The translations under genes were made by a program, and so were the position numbers. Positions 8,706 to 18,331 of a stretch of DNA of 64,000 nucleotides are shown here, piece after piece; position 1 is the first letter of the stretch; every line of letters begins with the position of its first letter. This DNA comes from Stenotrophomonas sp. (lineage in GTDB: Bacteria; Pseudomonadota; Gammaproteobacteria; Xanthomonadales; Xanthomonadaceae), in contig DATLJF010000211.1 in assembly GCA_035539015.1 (NCBI GenBank), positions 3,397 through 67,396 on the forward strand, given 5' to 3'. Under the pieces are notes generated by a model. It was not told where the DNA came from and made no database searches. It was given only the letters and a program-made list of their open reading frames with translations.

Positions 8706-8724
8706 CGCCGCGATCAACGCGGCG
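8706..8724. terminator. GC hairpin at the mprF/acvB tail-to-tail junction
   Basis: CGCCGCG-ATCAA-CGCGGCG. The loop contains the acvB stop codon, and the stem starts 3 nt after the mprF stop. No U-tract. Confidence 0.4.
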
Positions 8725-10084
8725 GGGTGGCCTTCAACTCGCGCAGGATGATCTGTGCCAGCGCGGCGTAGTCGCCCTTGAAGTGATGGTCGCCAGGCAG
8801 CGGGAAGCGCCGTACCTGGTTGGCGCGCAACTGCGGGCACAAGGTGTCCGGGTCGCCTTCGCCATAGATGCACAACGTGCGCGCCGGGTCGAGCTTGGCG
8901 ATCTCCGGCGCGATCGGCAGGCCGTCGTTGTTGGCGCCGAGCCAGTTGCTGACATGGAACTCGTAGTCGGCCAGCTTGCCGACCGAGAGCAAGGCGGTCA
9001 TGGCTACATGCTCGCCGGTGCTGGCGGGCAGGTGCGGGATGGCCGCGGGCAATACATCGGCGCCCTGCGAGAAGCCGATCAACACCACGTTCGGCCGTTG
9101 CCAGCGGTGCGAGTAGAAGCGTGCAATGCGGTCCAGGTCGGCGGCAAAGCCGGCCGGCGTTCGTTCACTCCAGAAATAACGCAGCGAATCCACGCCAACC
9201 ACCGGGATACCGGCCTCGGCCAACTTGGCCGCCACCTGCTTGTCGAGTCCGGCCCAGCCGCCATCGCCGGACACGAAGATCGCGAACGTATCACCCTGCC
9301 CACTCGCCGCCACCTCCACCACCGGCAACCCCTCAAGGTCGGCAGGTGGCGGCGGCAGGCTGACGCCGCGCTGGCTGCCCAGTGAACGCACCGCCGCGCG
9401 CAGGCCGGGCAACAGCTCGCCCCCGGTTGCGCGCGCAAGCACGCGCGCCTGCGCCACGCTGGCGACGAAATCGGTGGCCGCGGGCTTTTCACAACGCGCA
9501 CCCGCCACTGCCGCAGCCGCCAGCCAGGGCACCGGCAACTTCGCCGGCTGCAACGCGCCCGCCTGGCCTACGCCCGTCCCGCAAATCGCGCGTGTCGGCA
9601 CCGCGGCCGGGCACAGATCGTCGGTGACCACGCCGGCCAGCACATAGGCCGGCGCCTGCGCGGCCACCGCATAAGCCAGCGCCGAACCCTCGCCATCGCC
9701 CACCAGCAGCGGCAGCCGGTAGGTCGGGATATGCAGATAGGCCTGCAGGTAGCGCGAGAAATTCTCCACGTCGCCGGAACCGAACACGCACTTGCCGGCG
9801 TCCTTGGCCAGCACCCGGTACAGGTGCGCGGTATCGATCACCGCCACCAGCGCCCCGTCTTCGCGCAACGCCTGCACCTGGCGCTGGCGCGCATCGGCAT
9901 CGCGCCCGGCGCCGGCAAACCACAGCACTACCCGCTGCGGCTCGCCTTGCGGCTGCAGCACCGGGATGTTCTCGAAACGGCCGTGCGAGACCTGCTCGGG
10001 CGCGGCGGCCGGTGCGGCCAGGGCAGCGGGGCCGAGCAGCGCCAGCGCGCTAGGAAGGAATCGGAACACGTCACGAAGAGGCAT
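8714..10084 (-). CDS. acvB: AcvB/VirJ-family lysyl-phosphatidylglycerol hydrolase
   Basis: 456 aa with signal peptide. C-terminal VirJ-type alpha/beta domain (FAIFVSGDGGWAGLDKQVAAKLAEAGIPVVGVDSLRYFW...LIGFSQGADVLP). Confidence 0.85.
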   Translation of the reverse strand: MPLRDVFRFLPSALALLGPAALAAPAAAPEQVSHGRFENIPVLQPQGEPQRVVLWFAGAGRDADARQRQVQALREDGALVAVIDTAHLYRVLAKDAGKCVFGSGDVENFSRYLQAYLHIPTYRLPLLVGDGEGSALAYAVAAQAPAYVLAGVVTDDLCPAAVPTRAICGTGVGQAGALQPAKLPVPWLAAAAVAGARCEKPAATDFVASVAQARVLARATGGELLPGLRAAVRSLGSQRGVSLPPPPADLEGLPVVEVAASGQGDTFAIFVSGDGGWAGLDKQVAAKLAEAGIPVVGVDSLRYFWSERTPAGFAADLDRIARFYSHRWQRPNVVLIGFSQGADVLPAAIPHLPASTGEHVAMTALLSVGKLADYEFHVSNWLGANNDGLPIAPEIAKLDPARTLCIYGEGDPDTLCPQLRANQVRRFPLPGDHHFKGDYAALAQIILRELKATPPR

Positions 10085-10140
10085 GGGAGCGCTTCAATCC
10101 ACAGGGTCGGGATGCACCGCGGCGATGCGCGATACGGGAA

Positions 10141-10350
10141 TTATTCGGCATCGGGATGCCGCTGTTGCCACAGCGCCAGCGCCTGGCGATACCGCGCCAC
10201 TTCCTCGGCGTACAGGTCATACACGCACAGCGGGCAACCGCTGTCACAGCACTCATTCGGCGCCGGCTCGACCGGCGCCTGCGGGCGCGGATCATGGTCA
10301 GGGTCGGCGGCAGGCTGCGGCATGGCGAGGAATGAGAGCGACACCGGCAC
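10141..10350 (-). CDS. Oxidoreductase-like domain protein (small Cys-motif protein)
   Basis: EPAPNECCDSGCPLCVYDLYAEEV matches the CCxSGCxxCV motif of the Oxidored-like family as I recall it. The start could also be ATG 10323. Confidence 0.6.
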   Translation of the reverse strand: MPVSLSFLAMPQPAADPDHDPRPQAPVEPAPNECCDSGCPLCVYDLYAEEVARYRQALALWQQRHPDAE

Positions 10351-10396
10351 ATTCTAGCCAGTCATGGGGTGCACGCCGTGATCGCGGGCCGATCCC

Positions 10397-11014
10397 TCAG
10401 CCAATCGCCCGCTGCAGATTGGCCCGGGCCTGCGCGTCACAGCGCCCATGGAACCAATCGCTGAGGAAAATCCGTGGCATCGCCAACACCGCGCGCAGGA
10501 ATCGGCGCCGGTTGATCCGGTACAGGAACGCCGGCACGCGGTCGCGATACTCCTCGGCGATCGCCTGGTCGTAGGCGTCGAACTGCGCCGGCGGTGCGGC
10601 CAGGATCGCCATGTCGCAATCCAGCAGCAGCGCCGCTTCGGCATCCACATCCTGGGGCCGCAACTGGCCATGGCGGGCGGTGAGCAGGATCAGCGCGGCG
10701 ATGCGCTCGATATCCAGGTCCGCCTGTGGCCACCAGCGTGCCAGGCTTGCGCGCGCCAGATCGGCCGAGCGTGCTTCGTTATCGCTGCGCCCCGGCTCGT
10801 ACACCGCATCGTGGAACAGCAACGCCAGGGCGGTTTCGCGCGGCTGCCGCCAGCCGGGCCCGGCGGCGACGGCGGCGTAGTGCTGCATCACCGCTTCGAT
10901 ATGGCCCCAGTGGTGGTAGGCACGCGGCGGCGTGGCGTAGGCATCGTGCAGCTCGCGCCACTGCGCGGGGTCCAGGTGCAGCGGCACGATGTCCTGGAGC
11001 GGGCGCGTATCCAT
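10397..11014 (-). CDS. HD-superfamily metal-dependent phosphohydrolase-like protein (COG4339-like)
   Basis: YHHWGHIEAV...LLFHDAVYEP...LLDCDMAIL pattern of the predicted HD phosphohydrolase family. Confidence 0.65.
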   Translation of the reverse strand: MDTRPLQDIVPLHLDPAQWRELHDAYATPPRAYHHWGHIEAVMQHYAAVAAGPGWRQPRETALALLFHDAVYEPGRSDNEARSADLARASLARWWPQADLDIERIAALILLTARHGQLRPQDVDAEAALLLDCDMAILAAPPAQFDAYDQAIAEEYRDRVPAFLYRINRRRFLRAVLAMPRIFLSDWFHGRCDAQARANLQRAIG

Positions 11015-11054
11015 GCGCGCAGCCTAGCCGTCGGCGGCGGCGCCGCCAAGCGGC

Positions 11055-11660
11055 TCAGGCATGTAGCGGCCAGCAGCCCTCTTCGCGGTACAGCCGCTCA
11101 CCGCGCACGCTGCGCAACAGCCACAGCGCGTCGGCCTGCCAGGCCAGCGGGGTGGCGAGCGGTTGCTCGGCAATTTCATCGCGGTCATAGAGCAAGGTGA
11201 TATGCGGGGTGAAGCGCGCGTCGCCCTGCAATTGCTCGCGGATCAATGCATCGGCCAAGGCGCGATGCAGGGCGTGCACGCCGGCGGTATTGCTGTCATT
11301 TCCCAGCGCCACCGCCGGCAAATCGCGACGTTGGCCGCCGAAGCTGGCCACGCGATCGAATGCCAGTGCGAACGGCGCGATGCGCAGGTGCTCCGCCGCG
11401 CGTTGCGCGCGTGCCAGCAACGAGGGCGGCAGGCCGGCGTACTGGCCCAGGTAGTGCAGGGTGACGTGCAGACGCTCGGCCGATACCAGGCGAGCGCCCG
11501 GGCGCTGCGCGACCAGGGCTTCGGCGGTGCTGCGCGCGGCCTGCACCACCGCCGCAGGCGGGCGCAGGGCGAAGAACAGGCTTTCGGTCGGTCGCGCTGG
11601 GCCAAAGCCGAGGCTCAGTTGCGCTTCGGCCGATGAGAGATAGAGGAACTGTCGGCTCAT
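11055..11660 (-). CDS. thpR: 2'-5' RNA ligase / 2',3'-cyclic phosphodiesterase (2H superfamily)
   Basis: Two H-x-T-x motifs, HVTLHYLG and HITLLY. ATG 11660 chosen (MSRQFLYL...). Confidence 0.8.
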   Translation of the reverse strand: MSRQFLYLSSAEAQLSLGFGPARPTESLFFALRPPAAVVQAARSTAEALVAQRPGARLVSAERLHVTLHYLGQYAGLPPSLLARAQRAAEHLRIAPFALAFDRVASFGGQRRDLPAVALGNDSNTAGVHALHRALADALIREQLQGDARFTPHITLLYDRDEIAEQPLATPLAWQADALWLLRSVRGERLYREEGCWPLHA

Positions 11661-11849
11661 CCGATGACGCGGCACGGCTGCAGGCAGGGGGGGCGCGGAT
11701 ACTAGCAGAGCGTGCCGAAGCGATGTCGGCGCAGGCGCCTGTGTTTTGCCGCAGTGCCGCAAAACCACTTATCCGCCCGCTGCGCCACTTGCCCGCAACA
11801 GGCATACACTGCGCTTAGCCCATGGGCGACGGTGCGACCGTCGCGGGAG

Positions 11850-13046
11850 ATGCAGATGGCCACGCTGCTTTCGCTTGTGCTCGCCGCGGCGACAACGGCC
11901 GCCCCTCCCGTTCCCGCGCAACCGCCGCCGCAGGTACAGGCCGCGGCCACCTCGTTGCGCAGCGACAGCCTCGCCGACCCGGTGCAACTTGCCAGCACGA
12001 CCACCGCCGCCGCGCCGTTGCTGCCACCGCCCACCCCGCAACAACTGCTTGCCGTGCCGCCCGAGCTGCGACGCCTGCTGCGCGCGAAGGTACCGCTCCG
12101 GGGATCGCAGGACGAGCGCCTGCGCGCGCTGGTGCACCTGATCTTCGATGAAGACGCATTGGCGTTGCGCTACGAGACCGACGCCACCCACACCGTCGCC
12201 GAGACCTATGCCCAGGGCAGCGCCAACTGCCTGTCCTTCACCCTGTTCTTCGTTGCGCTTGCGCGCGAGGCCGGCATCAATGCACGCGCCCAGGAGGTCG
12301 GCCAGGTACTCAGTTGGTGGCAGGACCAGCGCACCATCTACAACTTCGGCCATGTCAACGCCCAGGTCCGCATCGATGGGCGTACCGGCACCGTCGACCT
12401 GGATGCCAGCGTGCTGATGGACCGCCGTGGGCCCAAGGTGATCAGCGACGAACGCCTGTTCGCGCACTACTACAACAACCGTGGCAGCGAGCTGATGGCC
12501 GCCAGCCAGAACGCCGCGTCGCGGGTGTACTACGAGCAGGCACTGAAGATGGATGCCACCCTGCCCAACATCTGGAACAACATCGGTGTCCTCGACGCCC
12601 GCGAAGGCGACCTGAAAGCGGCCGCTGCCGCCTATGCGCAGGCGCTGCAACTGAACCCGGCGCATGTGGCCACGCTGTCCAACTCGGTCAACCTGTATCG
12701 GCGCCTGGGCGACAACGCCGGCGCCGACGCCATCCTGCGCCAGTTGGAGCAGATCCGCGCGGTCGATCCGTTCTACCAGTTCATGCTGGGCCGCCAGGCA
12801 GAGAGCGAGGGTCATTACGACCGCGCCATCAGCCATTACCGGCGCGCGGTGGATCTATACCCCAGCGCGCACCAATTCCACTTCGGCCTGGCCCGGGTCT
12901 ATTTCCTGCTCGGCAACAGCCGCCTGGCTGAACGGGAAATGCGCCGCGCGCGCGATCTCGGGCCCGAAGACGACCGCAGCCGCTACCAGGCCAAGCTTGA
13001 AGGCCTGCGGCGGCTGGAGCGCGCCGGCGACCTGTCCTCGCGCTGA
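11850..13046 (+). CDS. Secreted transglutaminase-like / TPR-repeat protein
   Basis: Signal-like MQMATLLSLVLAAATTAAPP, a Pro/Ala-rich segment, a Cys-containing core (GSANCLSFTLFFVALAREAG...GHVNAQV), then TPR-like repeats (YYEQALKMD...AYAQALQLNP...HYRRAVDLYP). The start may be 11850 or 11856. Confidence 0.7.
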   Translation: MQMATLLSLVLAAATTAAPPVPAQPPPQVQAAATSLRSDSLADPVQLASTTTAAAPLLPPPTPQQLLAVPPELRRLLRAKVPLRGSQDERLRALVHLIFDEDALALRYETDATHTVAETYAQGSANCLSFTLFFVALAREAGINARAQEVGQVLSWWQDQRTIYNFGHVNAQVRIDGRTGTVDLDASVLMDRRGPKVISDERLFAHYYNNRGSELMAASQNAASRVYYEQALKMDATLPNIWNNIGVLDAREGDLKAAAAAYAQALQLNPAHVATLSNSVNLYRRLGDNAGADAILRQLEQIRAVDPFYQFMLGRQAESEGHYDRAISHYRRAVDLYPSAHQFHFGLARVYFLLGNSRLAEREMRRARDLGPEDDRSRYQAKLEGLRRLERAGDLSSR

Positions 13047-13134
13047 GGCGGCGGAAAGCACTTTCCCGCGCTTGCAACGGGCACCCGTGGCGCGAGCTGG
13101 GCATCATGGCGCCCTCCCCCAACGAGCGCCTGCC

Positions 13135-14244
13135 ATGGTTGATTCCCACGCCGCGACCCCTTCGGTCCTGTTCACGCCGACCCAACTGGGCGATATCACG
13201 CTGGCCAACCGCCTGGTGATGGCGCCCCTCACGCGCAACCGCGCGCTTGCCGGGCAAGTCCCCAACCCGTTGGCGATCGAGTACTACGCGCAGCGCGCCA
13301 GCGCCGGCCTGATCGTCGCCGAAGGCACGCAGATCAACGTGCTTGGCCAGGGTTACCTCGACACCCCAGGCATCTACACCGACGCGCAGATTGAAGGCTG
13401 GAAGGCGGTCACCGCGGCCGTGCATGCGCGCGGCGGGCGCATCGTGGTGCAACTGTGGCATGTAGGGCGCATTTCCCACACCAGCCTGTTGCCGCCCGGC
13501 CAGGTGCCGGTAGCGCCCAGCGCGCTTCGCGCCCACGCCAAGACGTTTACCGCGCAAGGTTTCGAGGATGTTTCCGAACCGCGTGCGTTGGGCATCGAAG
13601 AGATCCCGGCGCTGGTCGCCGATTACGTGCGCGCCGCGCGCAACGCGATCGCGGCAGGCTTCGACGGCATCGAGCTGCATGCGGCCAACGGCTATCTGAT
13701 CGACCAGTTCCTGCGCGACGGCAGCAACCACCGCGAGGATGCCTACGGTGGCAGCGTCGAGAATCGTAGCCGCTTGTTGGTAGAGGTCACGCAGGCCATT
13801 GCCGCCGAGATCGGTGCCGGCCGTACCGGCGTGCGGCTGTCGCCGGTGACGCCGGTCAACGACGCCCACGACAGCCACCCACAGGCGCTGTTCGAGCATG
13901 CGGTCGAGCGCCTGGATGCCATCGGCGGGCTGGCCTTCATCCACGTCATCGAGGGCGCCACGGGCGGCGCGCGCGACGTGGCGCCGTTCGACTTTGCCGC
14001 ACTGCGGGCGAAGTTCCGCGGCCCCTGGATTGCCAACAACGGATACGACAAGGCCATGGCCGAGCACGCGATCACCTCAGGCTATGCCGACGCGGTGGCC
14101 TTCGGTCGCGCCTACATCGCCAATCCCGACCTGGCCGAACGGCTGCGCCTGGACGCCCCGCTCAACCCGCTCGACGCCGCCACGCTCTACGGCGGTGGAG
14201 CGAAGGGCTATACGGATTATCCGACGCTGGCGCAGGGCGCGTAG
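13135..14244 (+). CDS. Old Yellow Enzyme family alkene reductase (NemA-like)
   Basis: LANRLVMAPLTRNRA...YYAQRASAGLIVAEGT...VQLWHVGRISH...ELHAANGYLIDQFL... are classic OYE motifs. Confidence 0.9.
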   Translation: MVDSHAATPSVLFTPTQLGDITLANRLVMAPLTRNRALAGQVPNPLAIEYYAQRASAGLIVAEGTQINVLGQGYLDTPGIYTDAQIEGWKAVTAAVHARGGRIVVQLWHVGRISHTSLLPPGQVPVAPSALRAHAKTFTAQGFEDVSEPRALGIEEIPALVADYVRAARNAIAAGFDGIELHAANGYLIDQFLRDGSNHREDAYGGSVENRSRLLVEVTQAIAAEIGAGRTGVRLSPVTPVNDAHDSHPQALFEHAVERLDAIGGLAFIHVIEGATGGARDVAPFDFAALRAKFRGPWIANNGYDKAMAEHAITSGYADAVAFGRAYIANPDLAERLRLDAPLNPLDAATLYGGGAKGYTDYPTLAQGA

Positions 14245-14340
14245 CGCTTTCACTGCTGCAGCTTGCCGCGAAGTCGAGCGCCTGCACGCGCGCGTGCAGG
14301 ACGCTTGCTACGATCGCCCTACCCCGCGAAGGACCCTCCC

Positions 14341-15402
14341 ATGCCCGCATTCGCCCGGTTCGCTCGTACCCGCGCACTCGTCCTGGCACTCGCCCTGGGC
14401 CTGCCGACCACCGTCCTCGCTGTCCCCACCTGGGGCGCGCGCCAGTCCAGTCCGGCCAGTACGTCGCCAGCGGACCTCAAGCCGGGTGAATGGATCTGGG
14501 GCGGCGTGAGCAAGGGCTGGGGGCCGATGGCGGTAATCGTCAGCCTGACCGAGCAGCGCGCCTATGCGTATCGCAACGGCATCCTGATCGGCGTGACCAC
14601 CATCTCCAGCGGCAAGGCCGGCTACGAGACGCCCACTGGCGTGTTCACCATCCTGCAGAAGGACAAGGATCACCGCTCCAATATCTACAACAGTGCGCCG
14701 ATGCCCTACCAGCAGCGGCTGACCTGGGGCGGGGTCGCGCTGCATGCCGGCGGCCTGCCGGGCTATCCCGAGTCACATGGCTGCGTGCACCTGCCCACGG
14801 AATTTGCGCGGCTGCTGTTCGAGAACTCGAACATGGGCATGGTGGTGGTGGTCGCCCAGGCGGGGGTCGATAGCGAGGACGTGGTGCATCCACGCGCGGT
14901 CAGCCCGATCGATCCGCTCACCGGCGCCGAACGACCGCTGCTGCCGTTGGGCGACGGCCAGGCCTATACCTGGCAGCCGTTGTCCTCGCCCAGCGGGCCG
15001 GTGTCGATGGTGATGAGTACGGCCGACCAGCAACTGTTGGTATTCCGCAATGGCGTGGAGATCGGCCGGGCGCGCATCGCCCTGCGTGATGCGCAATCGC
15101 CGGTGGGCACCCAGGCCTTCATCGTCGGCCAGGGTTTCCTGCCGGGCGAACTGCCGGGCTTGCCGGGCCAGCGCATGCCGAACTGGATGCGTATCGGTAT
15201 TCCTGGCGAGGCCGACGCGGGCCGGGCGCTGGAAGCGGACACGGTCGGCCGGCTGCAGGTGCCCGCCGGCTTCCTGGCCAATGTGCTGCCGTTGCTGACG
15301 CCCGGCGTGGTGCTGGTCGCCACGGACCAGCCGATCCTGCCCGAGACCACCAATGCCCCGGTGCAGGTGCTCGATTCCGACCCGCCCGAGACGCCGCGCT
15401 GA
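14341..15402 (+). CDS. L,D-transpeptidase family protein (YkuD domain)
   Basis: Signal peptide. YkuD core ...TPTGVFTILQKDKDHRSNIY...ALHAGGLPGYPESHGCVHLP with the catalytic Cys. Confidence 0.85.
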   Translation: MPAFARFARTRALVLALALGLPTTVLAVPTWGARQSSPASTSPADLKPGEWIWGGVSKGWGPMAVIVSLTEQRAYAYRNGILIGVTTISSGKAGYETPTGVFTILQKDKDHRSNIYNSAPMPYQQRLTWGGVALHAGGLPGYPESHGCVHLPTEFARLLFENSNMGMVVVVAQAGVDSEDVVHPRAVSPIDPLTGAERPLLPLGDGQAYTWQPLSSPSGPVSMVMSTADQQLLVFRNGVEIGRARIALRDAQSPVGTQAFIVGQGFLPGELPGLPGQRMPNWMRIGIPGEADAGRALEADTVGRLQVPAGFLANVLPLLTPGVVLVATDQPILPETTNAPVQVLDSDPPETPR

Positions 15403-15406
15403 GCGC

Positions 15407-15742
15407 TCAGGCCTTGCGCAGGTACATCGTCTTCAACACCAGGCCCTTGATCTTGTCCGAGTGGCCTTCGATGTGTTCCGGGTCGTCTTCGACCAGGCGG
15501 ATGTTGCGGATCACCGTACCCTGCTTGAGCGGGATCGAGGAACCCTTGACCTTGAGATCCTTGATGACGGTGACGGTGTCGCCTGCCGCCAGCACATTGC
15601 CGTTGCAATCGCGCACGACTGCACCGGCCGCCGCCGGCTCGCCAGCGCCCCATTCGTGGCCGCAGTCGGCGCAGACGAACAGGCTGCCGTCGGCATAGGT
15701 ATTTTCAAGCGTGCATTGCGGGCAGGCGGGAACGGCGGACAT
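15407..15742 (-). CDS. phnA: Zinc-ribbon protein PhnA/YjdM
   Basis: CPQC...FVCADCGHEW zinc ribbon plus the C-terminal VIKDLKVKGSSIPLKQGTVIRNIRL domain. Confidence 0.9.
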   Translation of the reverse strand: MSAVPACPQCTLENTYADGSLFVCADCGHEWGAGEPAAAGAVVRDCNGNVLAAGDTVTVIKDLKVKGSSIPLKQGTVIRNIRLVEDDPEHIEGHSDKIKGLVLKTMYLRKA

Positions 15743-15852
15743 GGCACATCACTACTGGACAGAGAGGGCCATTGTACGGCGGTGCCGGGCCTACACATGC
15801 GCGGCACGGGCGCTTGCGCAAGATCGGCACCTCAGGTCGCTGCAGGAGTCAT

Positions 15853-16815
15853 GTGGTGAGTGCCTCGCAAGGTTCGCGCTTTGTCGTGTATGTCGCTCTG
15901 GCCGGCAATCTCGCCATCGCCACGGCCAAGTTCATCGCGGCCGCGGTATCCGGCAGTTCGGCCATGCTCAGCGAAGGCGTGCATTCGCTGGTCGATACGG
16001 TCAACGAGGTGTTGTTGCTGTACGGCCTGCGCCGCGCCGAACGGGCACCGACACCCACCCACCCCTTCGGCTACGGACGCGAGCTGTATTTCTGGAGCTT
16101 CATCGTCGCCCTGCTGGTGTTCGCCATGGGCGCGGGCATTTCGCTGTACGAAGGCATCGTGCACCTGCGCCACCCACAACCGGCCGAAAGCCATGCACTG
16201 GCCTACGCGGTACTGGCGGTGTCCTTCGCCTTCGAAGGCACCTCGTGGTGGATCGCATTGCGCGAGTTCCGTCGGCGCAAGGGCAAGCTGGGCTATTTCG
16301 CCGCGTTTCGGCAGAGCAAGGATCCGAGCACTTTCACCGTGCTGCTGGAAGACACCGCGGCCCTGCTCGGCCTGCTGATCGCCTTCGCCGGCCTGCTGGC
16401 GGCGCAGCTGCTGGACATGCCCGAACTGGATGGGGTCGCGTCGATCGGCATTGCCGCGGTGCTGGCGGTGACGGCCTTCCTGCTCGCGCGCGAGACCAAG
16501 GGCCTGCTGATCGGCGAGCCGGCGCACCCGCGCATGGCCGAGTCGCTCCTGGCCATCGCCGGGCAGGATGCGGATGTGCGCGCGGCCAACGGCGTACTGA
16601 CCATGCAGATGGGACCCAACCAGGTGGTCGCCGCACTCAGCGCCGAGTTCGAGGACAGCCGCACCACCCCGCAGATTGAAGCGTGCATCGGCCGCATCGA
16701 GCAGGCCGCGCGCCAGCAACATCCCGAGTTGGTCGCGCTCTTCGTCAAGCCGCAGACACCGGAGGTATGGCATGCGCGGCGCCAGGCGCGCGAGCAGGCA
16801 GCGCGCGAGGACTGA
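15853..16815 (+). CDS. Cation diffusion facilitator family transporter
   Basis: GTG 15853 (or 15856) lies after GCAGGAG. NLAIATAKFIAAAVSGSSAMLSEGVHSLVDT..., six TM segments and a cytoplasmic C-terminal domain. Confidence 0.85.
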   Translation: MVSASQGSRFVVYVALAGNLAIATAKFIAAAVSGSSAMLSEGVHSLVDTVNEVLLLYGLRRAERAPTPTHPFGYGRELYFWSFIVALLVFAMGAGISLYEGIVHLRHPQPAESHALAYAVLAVSFAFEGTSWWIALREFRRRKGKLGYFAAFRQSKDPSTFTVLLEDTAALLGLLIAFAGLLAAQLLDMPELDGVASIGIAAVLAVTAFLLARETKGLLIGEPAHPRMAESLLAIAGQDADVRAANGVLTMQMGPNQVVAALSAEFEDSRTTPQIEACIGRIEQAARQQHPELVALFVKPQTPEVWHARRQAREQAARED

Positions 16816-16892
16816 CGCGGTGATGCACGCCGTCGCGGCGGCATCCCGTAGAATGCGCGGCCCGCGGCGCGGCCGTGTCACTCTCTGAACCC

Positions 16893-18245
16893 ATGCGCCT
16901 GGGCATCGATTTCGGCACCAGCAATTCCGCCGCCGCGGCAGTCATCGACGGCCAGGTCGCGCCCGTGCGTTTTGGCCAGGCCCTGCAGTTCCGCACCACG
17001 GTGTACTTCCCCGAAATCATGCGCGACCCCAATGACTTCGCGCTGACAGCGGCCATGGAGCACGAGGTCGAGCGGCTGATCGACGCAGGTCGCCGCGATG
17101 CCGCTGCCGCCGGCCGCCACCGCGACGAGGCCGGGTTGCGCCGCGATGCGGTCCGGGTGGTACGCCGGCAGTGGATGGAAGAGGCGGTGCGGGAACCCGC
17201 CAGCTCCGCCGCCCTGCTGCAGAACGCGGTGTATGGCGAAGAGGCGCTGGAAGCCTATTTCCTGGAAAACGAGGGCAACCTGGTGCAGAGCCCGAAGTCG
17301 ATGCTCGGCTACAGCCTGCACCCGCGCGCGCGCCAGACCATCACCGGTATCGCCGGCCACATCCTCGAACATATCCGCCTCACCGCTTCGCGCCAGTTCG
17401 ACCACAACATTCGCCGCGCCTTGATTGGCCGGCCGGTGCGCTTCCGCAGTTCGATCGGCGAGGCCGGCAGCGCGCAGGCGCTGGAGATCCTGGAGGCAGC
17501 CGCGCGCTACGCAGGCTTCGACGAGATCGAGTTCCTGGAAGAACCCGCGGCCGCGGCCATGCACCATCACGCCGGCAGCGCCGAGCGCCACGAAGCGGTG
17601 ATCGTGGATATCGGCGGCGGCACCACCGATATCGCCTATGCCAGCGTCGGCGGCACGGCCCCGCCGCAGGTACACCGCGCCTGGGGCGTGGCACGCGGCG
17701 GCACCGACATCGACCTGGCGCTCAGCCTGGCCGGTTTCATGCCGCTGTTTGGCCGCGGCAGCACCCGGGTGCCGGCGCACCACTACGTCGAGGCGGCCAT
17801 GGTGCAAGACCTGCCGCGCCAGCGCGACTTCCGCCAGCATCGCTATGAAGGCGTGCCGGCTCCGTACGAAGACCGCCTGCGCGCCTTGCAGGAAGCCGGC
17901 AACACGGCGCGGCTGTATCGCGCGGTGGAGCGCAGCAAGATCGCGCTGAGCGAGGCCGGCAGCCATGCCGAGTCGCTGGATTTCATCGAAGCCGCGCTGG
18001 CCACCGAGACCAGCGCCAGCGCATTGGTGGGCGCTGCCGGCAGCTACCTGGACGAATTGGAGACGCTGCTGCGACAAGTGGTGGTCGACATCGGCCAGGT
18101 GCCCGGCGTGGTGTTCCTCACCGGCGGGATGTCGCGTGCCGGGTATGTGCGCGACCGGGTGATGGCGTGCTTCCCGGGCGCCCGCCTGGTCCAGGGGGAT
18201 CCGTCGTTCGGCGTGGTCCAGGGCCTGGCGCTCGCCGCGGCCTGA
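16893..18245 (+). CDS. Hsp70-family (YegD-like) ATPase
   Basis: MRLGIDFGTSNS phosphate-1 motif, VDIGGGTTDI phosphate-2 motif and VFLTGGMSR adenosine motif. Confidence 0.85.
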   Translation: MRLGIDFGTSNSAAAAVIDGQVAPVRFGQALQFRTTVYFPEIMRDPNDFALTAAMEHEVERLIDAGRRDAAAAGRHRDEAGLRRDAVRVVRRQWMEEAVREPASSAALLQNAVYGEEALEAYFLENEGNLVQSPKSMLGYSLHPRARQTITGIAGHILEHIRLTASRQFDHNIRRALIGRPVRFRSSIGEAGSAQALEILEAAARYAGFDEIEFLEEPAAAAMHHHAGSAERHEAVIVDIGGGTTDIAYASVGGTAPPQVHRAWGVARGGTDIDLALSLAGFMPLFGRGSTRVPAHHYVEAAMVQDLPRQRDFRQHRYEGVPAPYEDRLRALQEAGNTARLYRAVERSKIALSEAGSHAESLDFIEAALATETSASALVGAAGSYLDELETLLRQVVVDIGQVPGVVFLTGGMSRAGYVRDRVMACFPGARLVQGDPSFGVVQGLALAAA

Positions 18246-18331
18246 CCGCGCAACACTGTGTCCGGCCGGCGCTGGCGGCGGCGACAGCGCGCGCGGCTAT
18301 GCTGCCGGCTCACTGATCAACGGACCTGCCC

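Noticed and set aside
12664-13134. Upstream 157-codon extension of the OYE reductase ORF
   Set aside because: It overlaps the 3' end of the TPR protein gene in another frame. OYE homology starts at MVDSHAATPSVLFTPTQLG (ATG 13135).
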